64,000 bases of DNA, taken from a virus. Lineage: Duplodnaviria > Caudoviricetes. Shown one piece after another: positions 9,558 through 18,317 of this stretch. The stretch is taken from IMG/VR virus record IMGVR_UViG_2923649072_000003, positions 21,280 through 85,279 of that record, one strand, 5' to 3'. Both the position numbers and the translations under genes were made by a program. Numbering within the stretch: position 1 is the first letter of the stretch; every line of letters begins with the position of its first letter. The notes beneath the pieces are model-generated. The model did not search any database, was not told where the DNA came from, and saw nothing but the letters and a program-made list of their open reading frames with translations.

Positions 9558-10591
9558 TGCGCAAGGGATGGGTTATCGCAGGCCTCTTGGCTCTCGCCGC
9601 GCCGCTGTCGCTGATCGTGCCGGTCGTCGGGATGGTCATGGTCACCGGCATCTCGACCGACGGGGAGGTGCCGCCCAGCGGCACGCAGCCTGTGTCGTGT
9701 GGGCAGCCCGCCGGTGAGGCGATCAGCCTCACGTCGGCGGAGCAGCGGGCGAACGCGAAGACGATCATCTCGGTCGGTGTCGAGCTGGGCGTGCCAACCA
9801 AGGGCCTGATCATCGCAATCGCCGTGGCCCGGCAGGAAAGTCGGATCGAGAACCTGCCGTACGGCGACCGTGACTCGGTCGGCCTGTTCCAGCAGCGGGC
9901 CGGCTGGGGCACTCTCGCTGAGCGCATGGATCCGCCGACCTCGGCCCGGAAGTTCTTCACCGGCGGAACCGAGGCCGGGACCACCGGGCTCCTCGACACG
10001 CCCGGCTGGGAGGGCATGTCGGTCGCCCGGGCGGCGCAGGCAGTCCAGCGCTCTGCTTACCCGGCGGCGTACGCACAGTGGGAGGGGATGGCGACCACCG
10101 TCGTGCAGCAGGTCCTCGGGTCCGGGCCGGCTCAGGAGTGCACGCCCGAGCAGACGCCGGGCGCATGTCCCGCCTCGACGGACCTGTCCGGCTACCCGAA
10201 CGGCGAGATCCCGTCATCCGCACTGTGCAAGATCGCGTTCGCACCTGAGCATCGACTGCGGTCTGACGCCGCACTGGGGCTCGAGCGCCTCAATGTCGCC
10301 TATCGCGAGCACTTCCGCCGGGACATCTGCATCACCGACTCTTACCGTGACCTAGCTACCCAAGTTCGCCTGAAGCGGGAAAAGGGGGCCCTTGCGGCGA
10401 CCCCGGGGACAAGTAACCACGGGTGGGGCCAGGCGCTCGACCTCTGCGACGGGATCAACACGGGGCCCTCCGCGGAGACATACCGGTGGATGAAGACGAA
10501 CGCCCCGACGTACGGCTGGGTACATCCCGCCTGGGCTGAACCCGGCGGCTCAGGGCCCCTCGAGTTTTGGCACTGGGAGTTCGACACATGA
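9557..10591 (+). CDS. Conjugative peptidoglycan hydrolase (lytic-transglycosylase-like plus M15/VanY peptidase)
   Basis: AVARQES...DSVGLFQQR; SYR...PGTSNHGWGQALD...EFWHWEF. Confidence 0.85.
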   Translation: MRKGWVIAGLLALAAPLSLIVPVVGMVMVTGISTDGEVPPSGTQPVSCGQPAGEAISLTSAEQRANAKTIISVGVELGVPTKGLIIAIAVARQESRIENLPYGDRDSVGLFQQRAGWGTLAERMDPPTSARKFFTGGTEAGTTGLLDTPGWEGMSVARAAQAVQRSAYPAAYAQWEGMATTVVQQVLGSGPAQECTPEQTPGACPASTDLSGYPNGEIPSSALCKIAFAPEHRLRSDAALGLERLNVAYREHFRRDICITDSYRDLATQVRLKREKGALAATPGTSNHGWGQALDLCDGINTGPSAETYRWMKTNAPTYGWVHPAWAEPGGSGPLEFWHWEFDT

Positions 10592-10689
10592 CGATCAACC
10601 CCGCCTGGACCCGGGCGCCTACTAATTACCAACTCGCTGGCAGCCAGCCGCTTGTTACCAGCCGATCAGCAAGTCGCTACCCTGCCCCC

Positions 10690-10992
10690 ATGGAGAAGCT
10701 GCCCGCCTCGTTCACTGAGCTGCTCAGCGTGATGATCCAGTACGTCGAGCTCAGGGACCGACTTCGGGACGTCCGCGAGACCGCGGCCGGCGACCTCCAC
10801 GAGCTCGGATGGCCAGCCCAGCGAATCTCGGACGAGCTGAAGGCGCAGCTCGAGGCGCTGAACTTGTCCGACTCCCAGCTTCGTTCGCTCGGCGTGTCCA
10901 GGGCGACGATCGATGCGGACATCCGGTCCTGGCGCCGGGAGCAGGAGAAGGCCGTGACGTCCGGTCGGCGGAAGCGAGTGTCCGGCGACTGA
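10690..10992 (+). CDS. Putative HTH-like regulator (probably leaderless)
   Basis: GWPAQRISDEL...LGVSRATIDADIR; TACCCT -10 six nt before ATG. Confidence 0.5.
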   Translation: MEKLPASFTELLSVMIQYVELRDRLRDVRETAAGDLHELGWPAQRISDELKAQLEALNLSDSQLRSLGVSRATIDADIRSWRREQEKAVTSGRRKRVSGD

Positions 10993-11045
10993 CCGGGTGA
11001 TTGTCCGGCCTTCCGATGTCCGGCCGCCGGGGTTGAGGTTGTCCG
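10979..11045 (-). repeat. Four CCGGACA copies on the minus strand
   Basis: TGTCCGG at 10979, 11002, 11017 and 11040. Confidence 0.65.
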
Positions 11046-11194
11046 GTCTGGTGGTGCGCGGTTCCGGCCGGCCGCTGAGCCGCCCACTTCACCTCTCGGG
11101 ACTTCCCGGATTGATCGCGCTGAGCTTGCTCTCTCTTCGGTGAGGAAGCTTGCCCCGCAAGCTGATCCACCATTTCCCAGCTCTGGGTGCACTG

Positions 11195-11386
11195 CAGCTT
11201 GAGACCTCCTCGGTAAACCTCGTCGGCCTCAAGCTGAGCTTACCCATGCTGTCAACTAGTTGCTAGCTGGCTGGCAACTAGCAACCTGCGAGGAAGCATC
11301 CTCGCTGACTCATCCTGCTGTCACTTGCGATTCGCGGGCCCGCCGCTGAGCCTGGTCGCTCGTGTCGCTCTGCTAATTGCTAGCGG
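11195..11386. promoter_or_regulatory. Intergenic control or transfer-origin candidate with inverted repeats
   Basis: CAGCTTGAG/CTCAAGCTG (11195/11228), CTAGTTGC/GCAACTAG (11256/11274), operator copy at 11368-11386. Confidence 0.5.
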
Positions 11387-11403
11387 ATTGGTAATGTGAA
11401 GTC

Positions 11404-13752
11404 ATGTCCGAGCATCACCGCAGGCTGGGCGTCGATTACGCCCGGGATCACGACCGCCGCATGTCGGAGATCTATCCCGACGGCGACGAGCCGTGCCACT
11501 ACCTCGCACGCCTGGACCTCGGGCACTGCGAAGGGAAGGTGAAGAACGAGGAGCACGGTCAGATCGCGAACGAACGGCACCACGTCAAGGAGCTCGCCGA
11601 CAACCGGGGCAAAGACAACGCGAAGGTCACGGTCCCCGCATGCAGGAGGCATCACCAGATCATGACCAACGCGAACAAGGCCGCCCGGGCAGGCAAGCCC
11701 GTCGGCGGACAGACCCCGACGAGTCGAGGCGGACAACGACGCCCATCGAAGGGCGGACAACCGGGCGGACAGAACCCGGACAACGGAGCGGACAGCCAGC
11801 CCGCCTGGGTGCGCCGTCACCTACTCGCCGCTGGCGCCGTCCTCATGATCGGTGCCGTCCTGTGGATGGCGGACATGTCCGGGGAGGCCATCCTCCTCGG
11901 CTCGTGCACCGCGGTCTACGGGGCGGCGCTGGCCTACTACTTGAACGTCCGCTGGACCCGCGCCCGGGACCTTGCCGAAGTCCACTCGCTCGCTGTCCGG
12001 TCGATCAAGGCCGACCCGCGGATGGTGCGTGTCGACCGGCCCCGGTGGCGGTGGCAGGCGGGCATGAAGGCGGACATCGTCCGGTGCCGGATCTTCTTCC
12101 CCGGTGTCGAGTACATGACCGACCCCGGCACGCGGGCCCGAGTCGAGAAAGACTTCTGGGTCGCGCTCCATGCCCGCATCGATTGGCCGGCTCATGCGCT
12201 CCACCCGCACTTCGATGTCCGAGTCGTGCCCGTGGATGCCGGGCCGGGTCGCGGACCGGTGGCCGTCGAGGCCGAGCCGCAGGAGGAGACCCGCGAGAAG
12301 ATCCGCACCACGATCGAGGAGGACCTTCACAAGACGATGAAGTTGAAGGAGAAGCAGAAGCTGACCTTCACGATCGTCGAGCGTGACGCCGAGGGCCCGC
12401 TCGTGTGCACGCTGGACTACCCGGCCGGATTCCAGGACGGGTCCGAGGAGGCGTGCTACCTGGTCCAGGAGCGGATCAGTGCCCAGCTCGACGGGATCCG
12501 GTTCGTCGCTCAGTGGGATCGCCGGGCCGAGAAGAAGCGGCTGACCCTGACTCGTCGGCCCGAGCTGCCAGCCGAGGTGCCGTTCCGGTTCCCGGCCCCG
12601 GGGGAGCGGCTGGACCCGATGGTCATTCCGCTGGGGATCGATGAGACGCAGCGCGAGCGGGCCTGGAACCTTCGCGTTCACCCGCACATGATCTTCGCCG
12701 GGGCGACCGGGGCCGGGAAGTCATACACGCTCGCCGAGCTGATCTACCAGCTCCTCATCCGCGGGTGGCAGCTCATCCTGATCGACGGCAAGGGGACCAC
12801 CTTCGCGCCGTTCCGGCGGTGGCCCGGCGTTGTGGGCTACGGCCTCGCGAACGCGCCTGAGTCAATGGCGCACTGGATGGAGCAGGGCAAGTACATCACC
12901 GAGGAGCGGTATGACCAGGCCATCGATCACGACGTCGACCCGGCGAGTTTCCCCCGCCTGATGGTCCTGATCGATGAGCTGACCGAGGCTAACGAGAACG
13001 TCGCGGAGTGGTGGAAGGAGCTGCGTTCGAAGGAGAAGGAGCTGCCTCGGGAGTGCCCGGCGATCGGGGCGTGGGCTTCGGTGGCCCGGAAGGGTCGCGA
13101 GGGTGGAGTGCACCTGCTGGTGGCTACACAGCAACCCAACGCCTCTGACAACACGTTCGGGTCGACGGAGACGAAGGCCAACCTTGCAGGGCGGTTCTTC
13201 CTTGGCCCGACCGAACAGCAGTCAGCGCTCATGATGTTCGGGCGCTCGACCCTGGGCCGAGACATCCCCGAGGACACGAAGGGCCGCGGGACGCTGAAGG
13301 TGTCACCCCAGGAGCCCGGGGTCGAGGTACAGACGTACTTCACGCCGCGCCCCAAGCCTTCCGGCGCGATCGCCCCTGAGCATGAGACGTTCTTCGCGAA
13401 GCTCATGCCGCTCGTGGAGGCGGCGCAGGCGAAGGTGAAGCGGGTCGCCCCGGCTGGCGGGTCCATCGACATGCGCCCGGATCCTCGGTTCCGTGAGATC
13501 GAGCCGACGAAGCCGGCTCGGCAGCGAACCCTTCCACTCGAGCAGACCCCGACCATCGACGTGTGGGACCTGGCGGCCCGGCTGAAGGACGAGGACGTCG
13601 TGGAGTGCTGGCTGGACGGCGAGCGCCTAAAGGTCGTCGAGGTCATCGGTGAGGACGAAGTGGAGATCACCCACGTCGACGCGGAGGGCAAGCAGCAGAC
13701 ACTCATCGTGGACGACTCGGCCCGGTTCGAGCTGCGAGGTGAATCGTCGTGA
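11404..13752 (+). CDS. FtsK/SpoIIIE-family coupling ATPase (TcpA/TraB-like) with N-terminal HNH-like domain and two TMs
   Basis: Walker A AGATGAGKS, Walker B VLIDE, RKGREGGVHLLVATQ, KGRG; N-terminal ERHHVKELAD...ACRRHH. Confidence 0.88.
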   Translation: MSEHHRRLGVDYARDHDRRMSEIYPDGDEPCHYLARLDLGHCEGKVKNEEHGQIANERHHVKELADNRGKDNAKVTVPACRRHHQIMTNANKAARAGKPVGGQTPTSRGGQRRPSKGGQPGGQNPDNGADSQPAWVRRHLLAAGAVLMIGAVLWMADMSGEAILLGSCTAVYGAALAYYLNVRWTRARDLAEVHSLAVRSIKADPRMVRVDRPRWRWQAGMKADIVRCRIFFPGVEYMTDPGTRARVEKDFWVALHARIDWPAHALHPHFDVRVVPVDAGPGRGPVAVEAEPQEETREKIRTTIEEDLHKTMKLKEKQKLTFTIVERDAEGPLVCTLDYPAGFQDGSEEACYLVQERISAQLDGIRFVAQWDRRAEKKRLTLTRRPELPAEVPFRFPAPGERLDPMVIPLGIDETQRERAWNLRVHPHMIFAGATGAGKSYTLAELIYQLLIRGWQLILIDGKGTTFAPFRRWPGVVGYGLANAPESMAHWMEQGKYITEERYDQAIDHDVDPASFPRLMVLIDELTEANENVAEWWKELRSKEKELPRECPAIGAWASVARKGREGGVHLLVATQQPNASDNTFGSTETKANLAGRFFLGPTEQQSALMMFGRSTLGRDIPEDTKGRGTLKVSPQEPGVEVQTYFTPRPKPSGAIAPEHETFFAKLMPLVEAAQAKVKRVAPAGGSIDMRPDPRFREIEPTKPARQRTLPLEQTPTIDVWDLAARLKDEDVVECWLDGERLKVVEVIGEDEVEITHVDAEGKQQTLIVDDSARFELRGESS
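11704..11794 (+). repeat. Six (GG)CGGACA direct repeats inside the FtsK-like gene
   Basis: Copies at 11704, 11728, 11752, 11764, 11775 and 11787; further copies at 11868 and 12069. Confidence 0.75.
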
Positions 13753-14753
13753 CCAAGGAGCGTTTCGACTGGGGCCGGCTGGTCATCGCCGTCGCCCTCA
13801 TTGCGATCTTCACCGCGAGTATTCACGCGGAGATCGAGGCCGGTAAGTTCGTCGGGCTGGGCGACTTCGCGTACGCGCTGCCTTTCGCGATCGACTCGTA
13901 TGTGATCGCCTCCGTGATGACTCGCCTCGACGTGGGCCAGGCATTCGCCGTCATGGGCGTCAGTGTTGGCGGCGGGCACTTCTTGATCGGCATGAAGAAG
14001 GGCGTTGAGTACGGCGCTGCGGCGGCAGCGATCGGGATCCTGCTGACCGTGGTTTTGTGGCGGGTCCACACGCTGATGGAAAAGCGGAAGGAGCGACGGG
14101 AAACCGCCGCTGCGGCCGTTGCTGCCGAGGAGCAGAAGGCCCGTGGCGCGGAGATTGCCGAGCGTGCGCGTCTGGCCCAGATTGCCCGCGATGACGCTGA
14201 GCACGCTGCCCGGCTCGAGGCTGAGCGCATCGAGCGTGAGGAGGCTGCCCGTCGTGCCCGCGTGCAGGCAGAGCTGGACCGCAAGGAGGCCGACGCCCGG
14301 ATCGCCCGCGAGACCCGTGAGCACACGGCGCGTCTCGCCGCGGAGCAGGAGGAGCGCCGGCTGAAGTCGCAACGGGAGCGCGAGCAGGCCGAGGCCGCCC
14401 GGGTTGAGCGTGAGCGCCTGGCTGCGGAGGCTCGAGCTCGTGAGGCTGAGGCGAAGGCTGCGGCCGAGCGGGAGGCGGCGGAGCGGGCGAAGGCCGAGGC
14501 GTCGGCAGCTCGAGCAGCGAAGCCGAAGACCGCGACGGAGCGAGTTGAGCAGTCTGCTGGCCTTCGGGCAGTGCCGGCGCCGAAGGGCAAGCCGAAGTCG
14601 GCGTCAGAGCAGGCTCGCGGGCTGGCTCCTGAAGTCGTCGCCGGGCGAATCTCGCCGCGCGAAGCCGCGGAGCGAATTGGTTGCGACCCGAGCATCATCC
14701 GGCGCGCCGTCCGGGAGCTGAAGAGCGATCAGCCAGAGGCGGTGAACGCATAG
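13749..14753 (+). CDS. SpdB2/DUF2637-like spread protein (4 TM, coiled coil, C-terminal HTH)
   Basis: YALPFAIDSYVIA motif, long E/R/A coiled coil, SPREAAERIGCDPSIIRR. Confidence 0.65.
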   Translation: MTKERFDWGRLVIAVALIAIFTASIHAEIEAGKFVGLGDFAYALPFAIDSYVIASVMTRLDVGQAFAVMGVSVGGGHFLIGMKKGVEYGAAAAAIGILLTVVLWRVHTLMEKRKERRETAAAAVAAEEQKARGAEIAERARLAQIARDDAEHAARLEAERIEREEAARRARVQAELDRKEADARIARETREHTARLAAEQEERRLKSQREREQAEAARVERERLAAEARAREAEAKAAAEREAAERAKAEASAARAAKPKTATERVEQSAGLRAVPAPKGKPKSASEQARGLAPEVVAGRISPREAAERIGCDPSIIRRAVRELKSDQPEAVNA

Positions 14754-15602
14754 TGCTCAATTCGACACACGGACCTACAGGCTCGCTGGCCGGAATCCTC
14801 GCCATGCGGGCCGGGATCGCTTTCGGTGCGGCGCCTGCCGACCCCGCCCTCGCCATCTGGCACGTCGCCGGCGCGACGGCGGGCGGCATGCTCCCCGACG
14901 CCGACCATCACGCGTCCTCGACGGCGAAGGTGTGGGGTCCGCTCACGTCGATTCCGGCGCGCTGGTTCGGGCGGATGGTTGGCGGGGCACCGGGCCGGCA
15001 GTCATGACCTGAGTAAGGGTGCGCCGGTCCTGTTCGCCGCGGTGTTCGCGGTCGGCCTGCTGGCGCCTCGGCTGGTCGAGTTCGCTGTGTCGCCTGAGCC
15101 TTCACCGGTGGGGGACTGGGCTCGGCTGGTCGCCAGGCTGACGGGGATGGGTGTCGTCGCGTTGATCGCGGGCCTGTGTTTCGTTGCTCTTGCCGCTCTG
15201 ATCCCGGGGCGCTGGGAGGGTTCGGGTGCCGGCAATCTGGTCGCGTCGTGGATTACGGCGCTGTGGGTGACGCACTGGTACCCGGCGGGTCTTCCGTGGC
15301 AGGTTGTCGCGATGGCCGCCGGGGGCATGGCGCTGGGTGCGACGACGGCGATCCTGCAGGACGCGTGCACGATCTCGGGTGTCCCGTTCGGGGTGGAGGA
15401 GGTCGAGCGGGAGGTGCGGGGTGTGACGCTAGTGAAGACTCGCGAGCGGCGCCTGCACCTGCTGCCGAGGGACTTCCGGATCCGCACTGCGTCTGCGTTC
15501 GAGCGGCACTTCATCCGGTTCCCCGTGCTGTGCCTGGTCGTGTGGCAGTCGTTCGAGCTGGCTGCTGATTGTGGCCTGTTCGGGAGCCCGTTCGCGTTGT
15601 AA
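14753..15602 (+). pseudogene. YdjM-like membrane metal-dependent hydrolase, frameshifted
   Basis: STH, LPDADH, HRAGSH and DACTISGVP motifs split across two frames by an extra G in GGGG at 14984-14987. Confidence 0.7.
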
Positions 15603-15656
15603 ACCCGCAAGCAGAGGCGGGTTTCACTCAAGACTGGCCATCGACGGTCGATGGTC

Positions 15657-15727
15657 GTGTAAGGGCTCGCCCCGGCTCCACTCGCACGGTTGCACCCGCG
15701 TGAGCTTCGACGCCAAGGGCGAGCTGT
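15657..15727 (+). ncRNA. Candidate structured cis-regulatory leader, copy 1
   Basis: GCTCGCCC/GGGCGAGC outer stem; shares sequence blocks with 24525-24597. Confidence 0.45.
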
Positions 15728-15755
15728 CCACCCGATCCCAAGGAGATCGAGCGAC

Positions 15756-17183
15756 ATGTCCTACCTTTCCATGCCCGGGTTCGTGCGTCGTGGAGGCGTG
15801 CGTCGGGTGTTCGCCGGAGCTTCACTCGGTTGTCTGGCGGTGGCTGGGGCGATCCTGGTCCCCGGTCCGGCGCAGGCTGCTGAGGCTCCGATCCAGGCGG
15901 CTGCGTGCCGGGAGCTCGGCTATCAGCTCGACGCCGGCCCCAAGCTGAAGGCCGCGGCAGGGTTCCGGACCGAGTGGATCGGCAACCTGTGCGTCGACGG
16001 ACGCGCGGGGATCTGCGACGACTACGGCCTGTCCGCACCGGACGGCCAGTGGATCGACAAGCCTGCGAAGCGCCGGCCCGGGAGCGATCGGGCGACGCAG
16101 GTCGAGCAGTACATCGCCAACGCGCACCCGACCGCGATGACCGACTCGAAGACGACGTCCGCGGCGTACAAGTCGGCGATCAACCGGGCCGTCAGCAAAG
16201 GCTTCCGCTCGGACTGGGAGTCCACGTACAAGCCCAAGTTCCGCAGCCTCGACCCGCAGGTCATCAAGCTCGCCGACGCGTGGCTCGCCGACGCCGAGAG
16301 GAACGCTGGCCCCGTGAAGGTGACGGGAGGGCTCACGTCCAAGCCGCTGCCGGGCGGGAAGGGCCGGATCAGCATCACGGCAACGGGCAACGGGAAGGCG
16401 CTGACGGGTGCCCAGGTTTCATGGAAGGTGTCCGGTGGCAAGGTCCTCACGTTCTCTAAGACCACCACGGCGAAGGGGCAGGCCGTACTCGACTTCACGC
16501 GCGGGTCGGGCCCGGTGAGTTTCGCGGCGGTGGTGACGTCTCCGGAGTGGCGCACGTCGATGTGGTCGCGGCCGACGTCGGGGAAGAAGCAGCACCTGAT
16601 TCGCGGTGGGGTCACGGTGAAGACGACGATCACCGGGAGGTTCGACTCGTTCCCCGGGATCACGGCGTCGACGAAGTGTGTCCCGGACTGCAAGGGCCGC
16701 CCGCCAGTGACGCTCGCCGCGAAGTCGTCGGGGTCGCCGATGCGCTGGCAGGCTCTCGTCGGGGGCAAGGTCGTGAAGACGCTCGAGGTCAGTGCCGGGA
16801 AGACGGCGGCCGGCACGTTCACGGGTGTCGACGGCCAGCGGGTGGCCTTCCGCTACCAGGTGCAGGTCGGCGGGAAGTGGTCCGGGTGGCGCACGGTCAG
16901 CAGGACGTTCGACGTCGTGTGCCCGGCCGTGCCGCTGTTCAGCATCACGGGCACGTGTGACTGTGGGGGGCACGGCATGGTCGCCCTCCACATCCAGGCG
17001 CCCGGTGGACCCCGCACCTACGACGTGACCTACGGCGGCGAGACGAAGCGGATTAGTGGCAGCGCGGCGGTCGACTTCCAGGTGCCGATGGCTCAGCTCG
17101 CCGGCGCGCGGGTCACGTACGACGCGCTTGACTCGGCGGGGAAGCGGCTCGGCGGGGGAGTGCTGACGCCGTGGACGCGGTGA
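15756..17183 (+). CDS. Secreted adhesin-like protein (possible Cys-Gln thioester domain plus Ig-like beta domains)
   Basis: AGGAG RBS; signal peptide ending AQA; GICDDYG, AAYKSAI, GKKQHLI; beta-rich C-terminus. Confidence 0.6.
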   Translation: MSYLSMPGFVRRGGVRRVFAGASLGCLAVAGAILVPGPAQAAEAPIQAAACRELGYQLDAGPKLKAAAGFRTEWIGNLCVDGRAGICDDYGLSAPDGQWIDKPAKRRPGSDRATQVEQYIANAHPTAMTDSKTTSAAYKSAINRAVSKGFRSDWESTYKPKFRSLDPQVIKLADAWLADAERNAGPVKVTGGLTSKPLPGGKGRISITATGNGKALTGAQVSWKVSGGKVLTFSKTTTAKGQAVLDFTRGSGPVSFAAVVTSPEWRTSMWSRPTSGKKQHLIRGGVTVKTTITGRFDSFPGITASTKCVPDCKGRPPVTLAAKSSGSPMRWQALVGGKVVKTLEVSAGKTAAGTFTGVDGQRVAFRYQVQVGGKWSGWRTVSRTFDVVCPAVPLFSITGTCDCGGHGMVALHIQAPGGPRTYDVTYGGETKRISGSAAVDFQVPMAQLAGARVTYDALDSAGKRLGGGVLTPWTR

Positions 17184-17195
17184 CCTGAGCATGCG

Positions 17196-17235
17196 AGCGG
17201 CCCCCGACCGGATTGGTTGGGGGCCGCTTTGTTTT
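17196..17235 (+). terminator. Intrinsic terminator
   Basis: AGCGGCCCCC/GGGGGCCGCT followed by TTGTTTT. Confidence 0.8.
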
Positions 17236-17237
17236 GG

Positions 17238-17492
17238 CTAGTCGCGCTTGAGTCGTTCGGCATGGTCTTTGTAGCGACCAGTTGCTTCGATCCCTGATTC
17301 CCGGGCGACGCGTCGGACGTATGCGGGTGACCAGCCGGAGAGGTGGACGAGCTCCGTGGGGCCGATGCCTGCTTTGAGTCCTGCGGCGACGAGTTCGCGC
17401 ATGGCTTCGCCGTCCTTGGCGCTGGCTTGGTCGTGTCGCGCCTTCGACTTCGCCCTGGCGGCGAGGTCTCGGCGGATGTCGTCCGGGTTCAT
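17238..17492 (-). CDS. Small HTH repressor-like protein (leaderless)
   Basis: GIGPTELVHLSGWSPAYVRRVAR; TACACT -10 six nt before ATG. Confidence 0.7.
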   Translation of the reverse strand: MNPDDIRRDLAARAKSKARHDQASAKDGEAMRELVAAGLKAGIGPTELVHLSGWSPAYVRRVARESGIEATGRYKDHAERLKRD

Positions 17493-17501
17493 GCGTTCAG
17501 T

Positions 17502-17574
17502 GTAGCGCTACCGGGTTGCGCAACGCCAAGGGGTCGGTCTACTCTGGACGCAGAGCGCAACCGAGGGGCGCTAC
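17502..17574. promoter_or_regulatory. Divergent promoter with four GCGC(T/A)AC operator-like sites
   Basis: GTAGCGCTAC, GTTGCGCAAC, GAGCGCAAC and GGGGCGCTAC arranged as two pairs. Confidence 0.6.
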
Positions 17575-17594
17575 TTAGTAGCCAGGGAGCCGAC

Positions 17595-17720
17595 ATGAGC
17601 GAGACCACCTACCGAGTCCGTCTCCACATCGAGGGCGACGACTTCCCGCCGCAGACCATGACCGCCGCCGAGATCGACGAGCTTGAGCCCGGCAGCTACG
17701 AGATCGTCGGGACGAATTGA
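17595..17720 (+). CDS. Hypothetical protein
   Basis: AGGGAG RBS; MSETTYRVRLHIEG. Confidence 0.55.
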   Translation: MSETTYRVRLHIEGDDFPPQTMTAAEIDELEPGSYEIVGTN

Positions 17721-17755
17721 CCACCGTAAGCCGCTAGGGGAGAGCGAGACTCGCA

Positions 17756-17974
17756 ATGACCAACCTGAACGAGACGCAGCGGGCCGCGATCCTCTCGGCG
17801 GCCGAAGAGCTCGAAGGTATTGATGAATCGGTCCGACGAGGCCAGCGCGCGCACTGGGGAACGTACGGCGAAAGCCGCAGGGACTTGGATTCAGTGGACT
17901 CGGACCTGCTCGACCTTGCCGAGCGCGTGTCGGCTCTCGCGACCGCCATCGCCGATGCGTTCCGTAAACGCTGA
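17756..17974 (+). CDS. Hypothetical protein
   Basis: RBS; operon context. Confidence 0.55.
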   Translation: MTNLNETQRAAILSAAEELEGIDESVRRGQRAHWGTYGESRRDLDSVDSDLLDLAERVSALATAIADAFRKR

Positions 17975-18005
17975 CCGCCAGAAGCCAAGCATCCGAGGGG
18001 AAGTC

Positions 18006-18296
18006 ATGAGCATCGAGATTCCGGACCAGGCCGTTAAGGCCGCCGACCTGTGGGGCGGGCAGATCCCGTCGAGCAACCTGGAAGAGGCGTTGTACGAGGC
18101 GCTGCCTTTCATCGCGGGGGCGATCTACGCCGACCTGCGAGCCAGACTGGGCGAGCTGGCTTCCGGCATGCACGTCGCCGGGAAGGACCACTCGACGGGC
18201 GACGAGCGTAAGCGCTACTACGCCAAGGCCGAGGGCATGCGGATGGCGATCTCGGCGATCGACAACGCCGCCGCCGAACTTTCCACCGAAGACTGA
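18006..18296 (+). CDS. Phage-type hypothetical protein (paralogue of 20058-20330)
   Basis: GAGGGG RBS; EIPDQAVKAA...ALYEALP. Confidence 0.6.
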   Translation: MSIEIPDQAVKAADLWGGQIPSSNLEEALYEALPFIAGAIYADLRARLGELASGMHVAGKDHSTGDERKRYYAKAEGMRMAISAIDNAAAELSTED

Positions 18297-18317
18297 CCAG
18301 CGCACCGAGGGGGAGTC

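Noticed and set aside
9557-10591. VanY-like domain as a glycopeptide resistance gene
   Set aside because: Fused to a transglycosylase-like domain inside the MPF operon; better explained as a conjugative wall hydrolase
11704-11794. CRISPR-like array
   Set aside because: Repeats are only 6-8 bp, lie inside a CDS, and no cas genes are present
14100-14530. Repetitive GAGCG/GCCGAG-rich tract
   Set aside because: Coding for an E/R/A coiled coil
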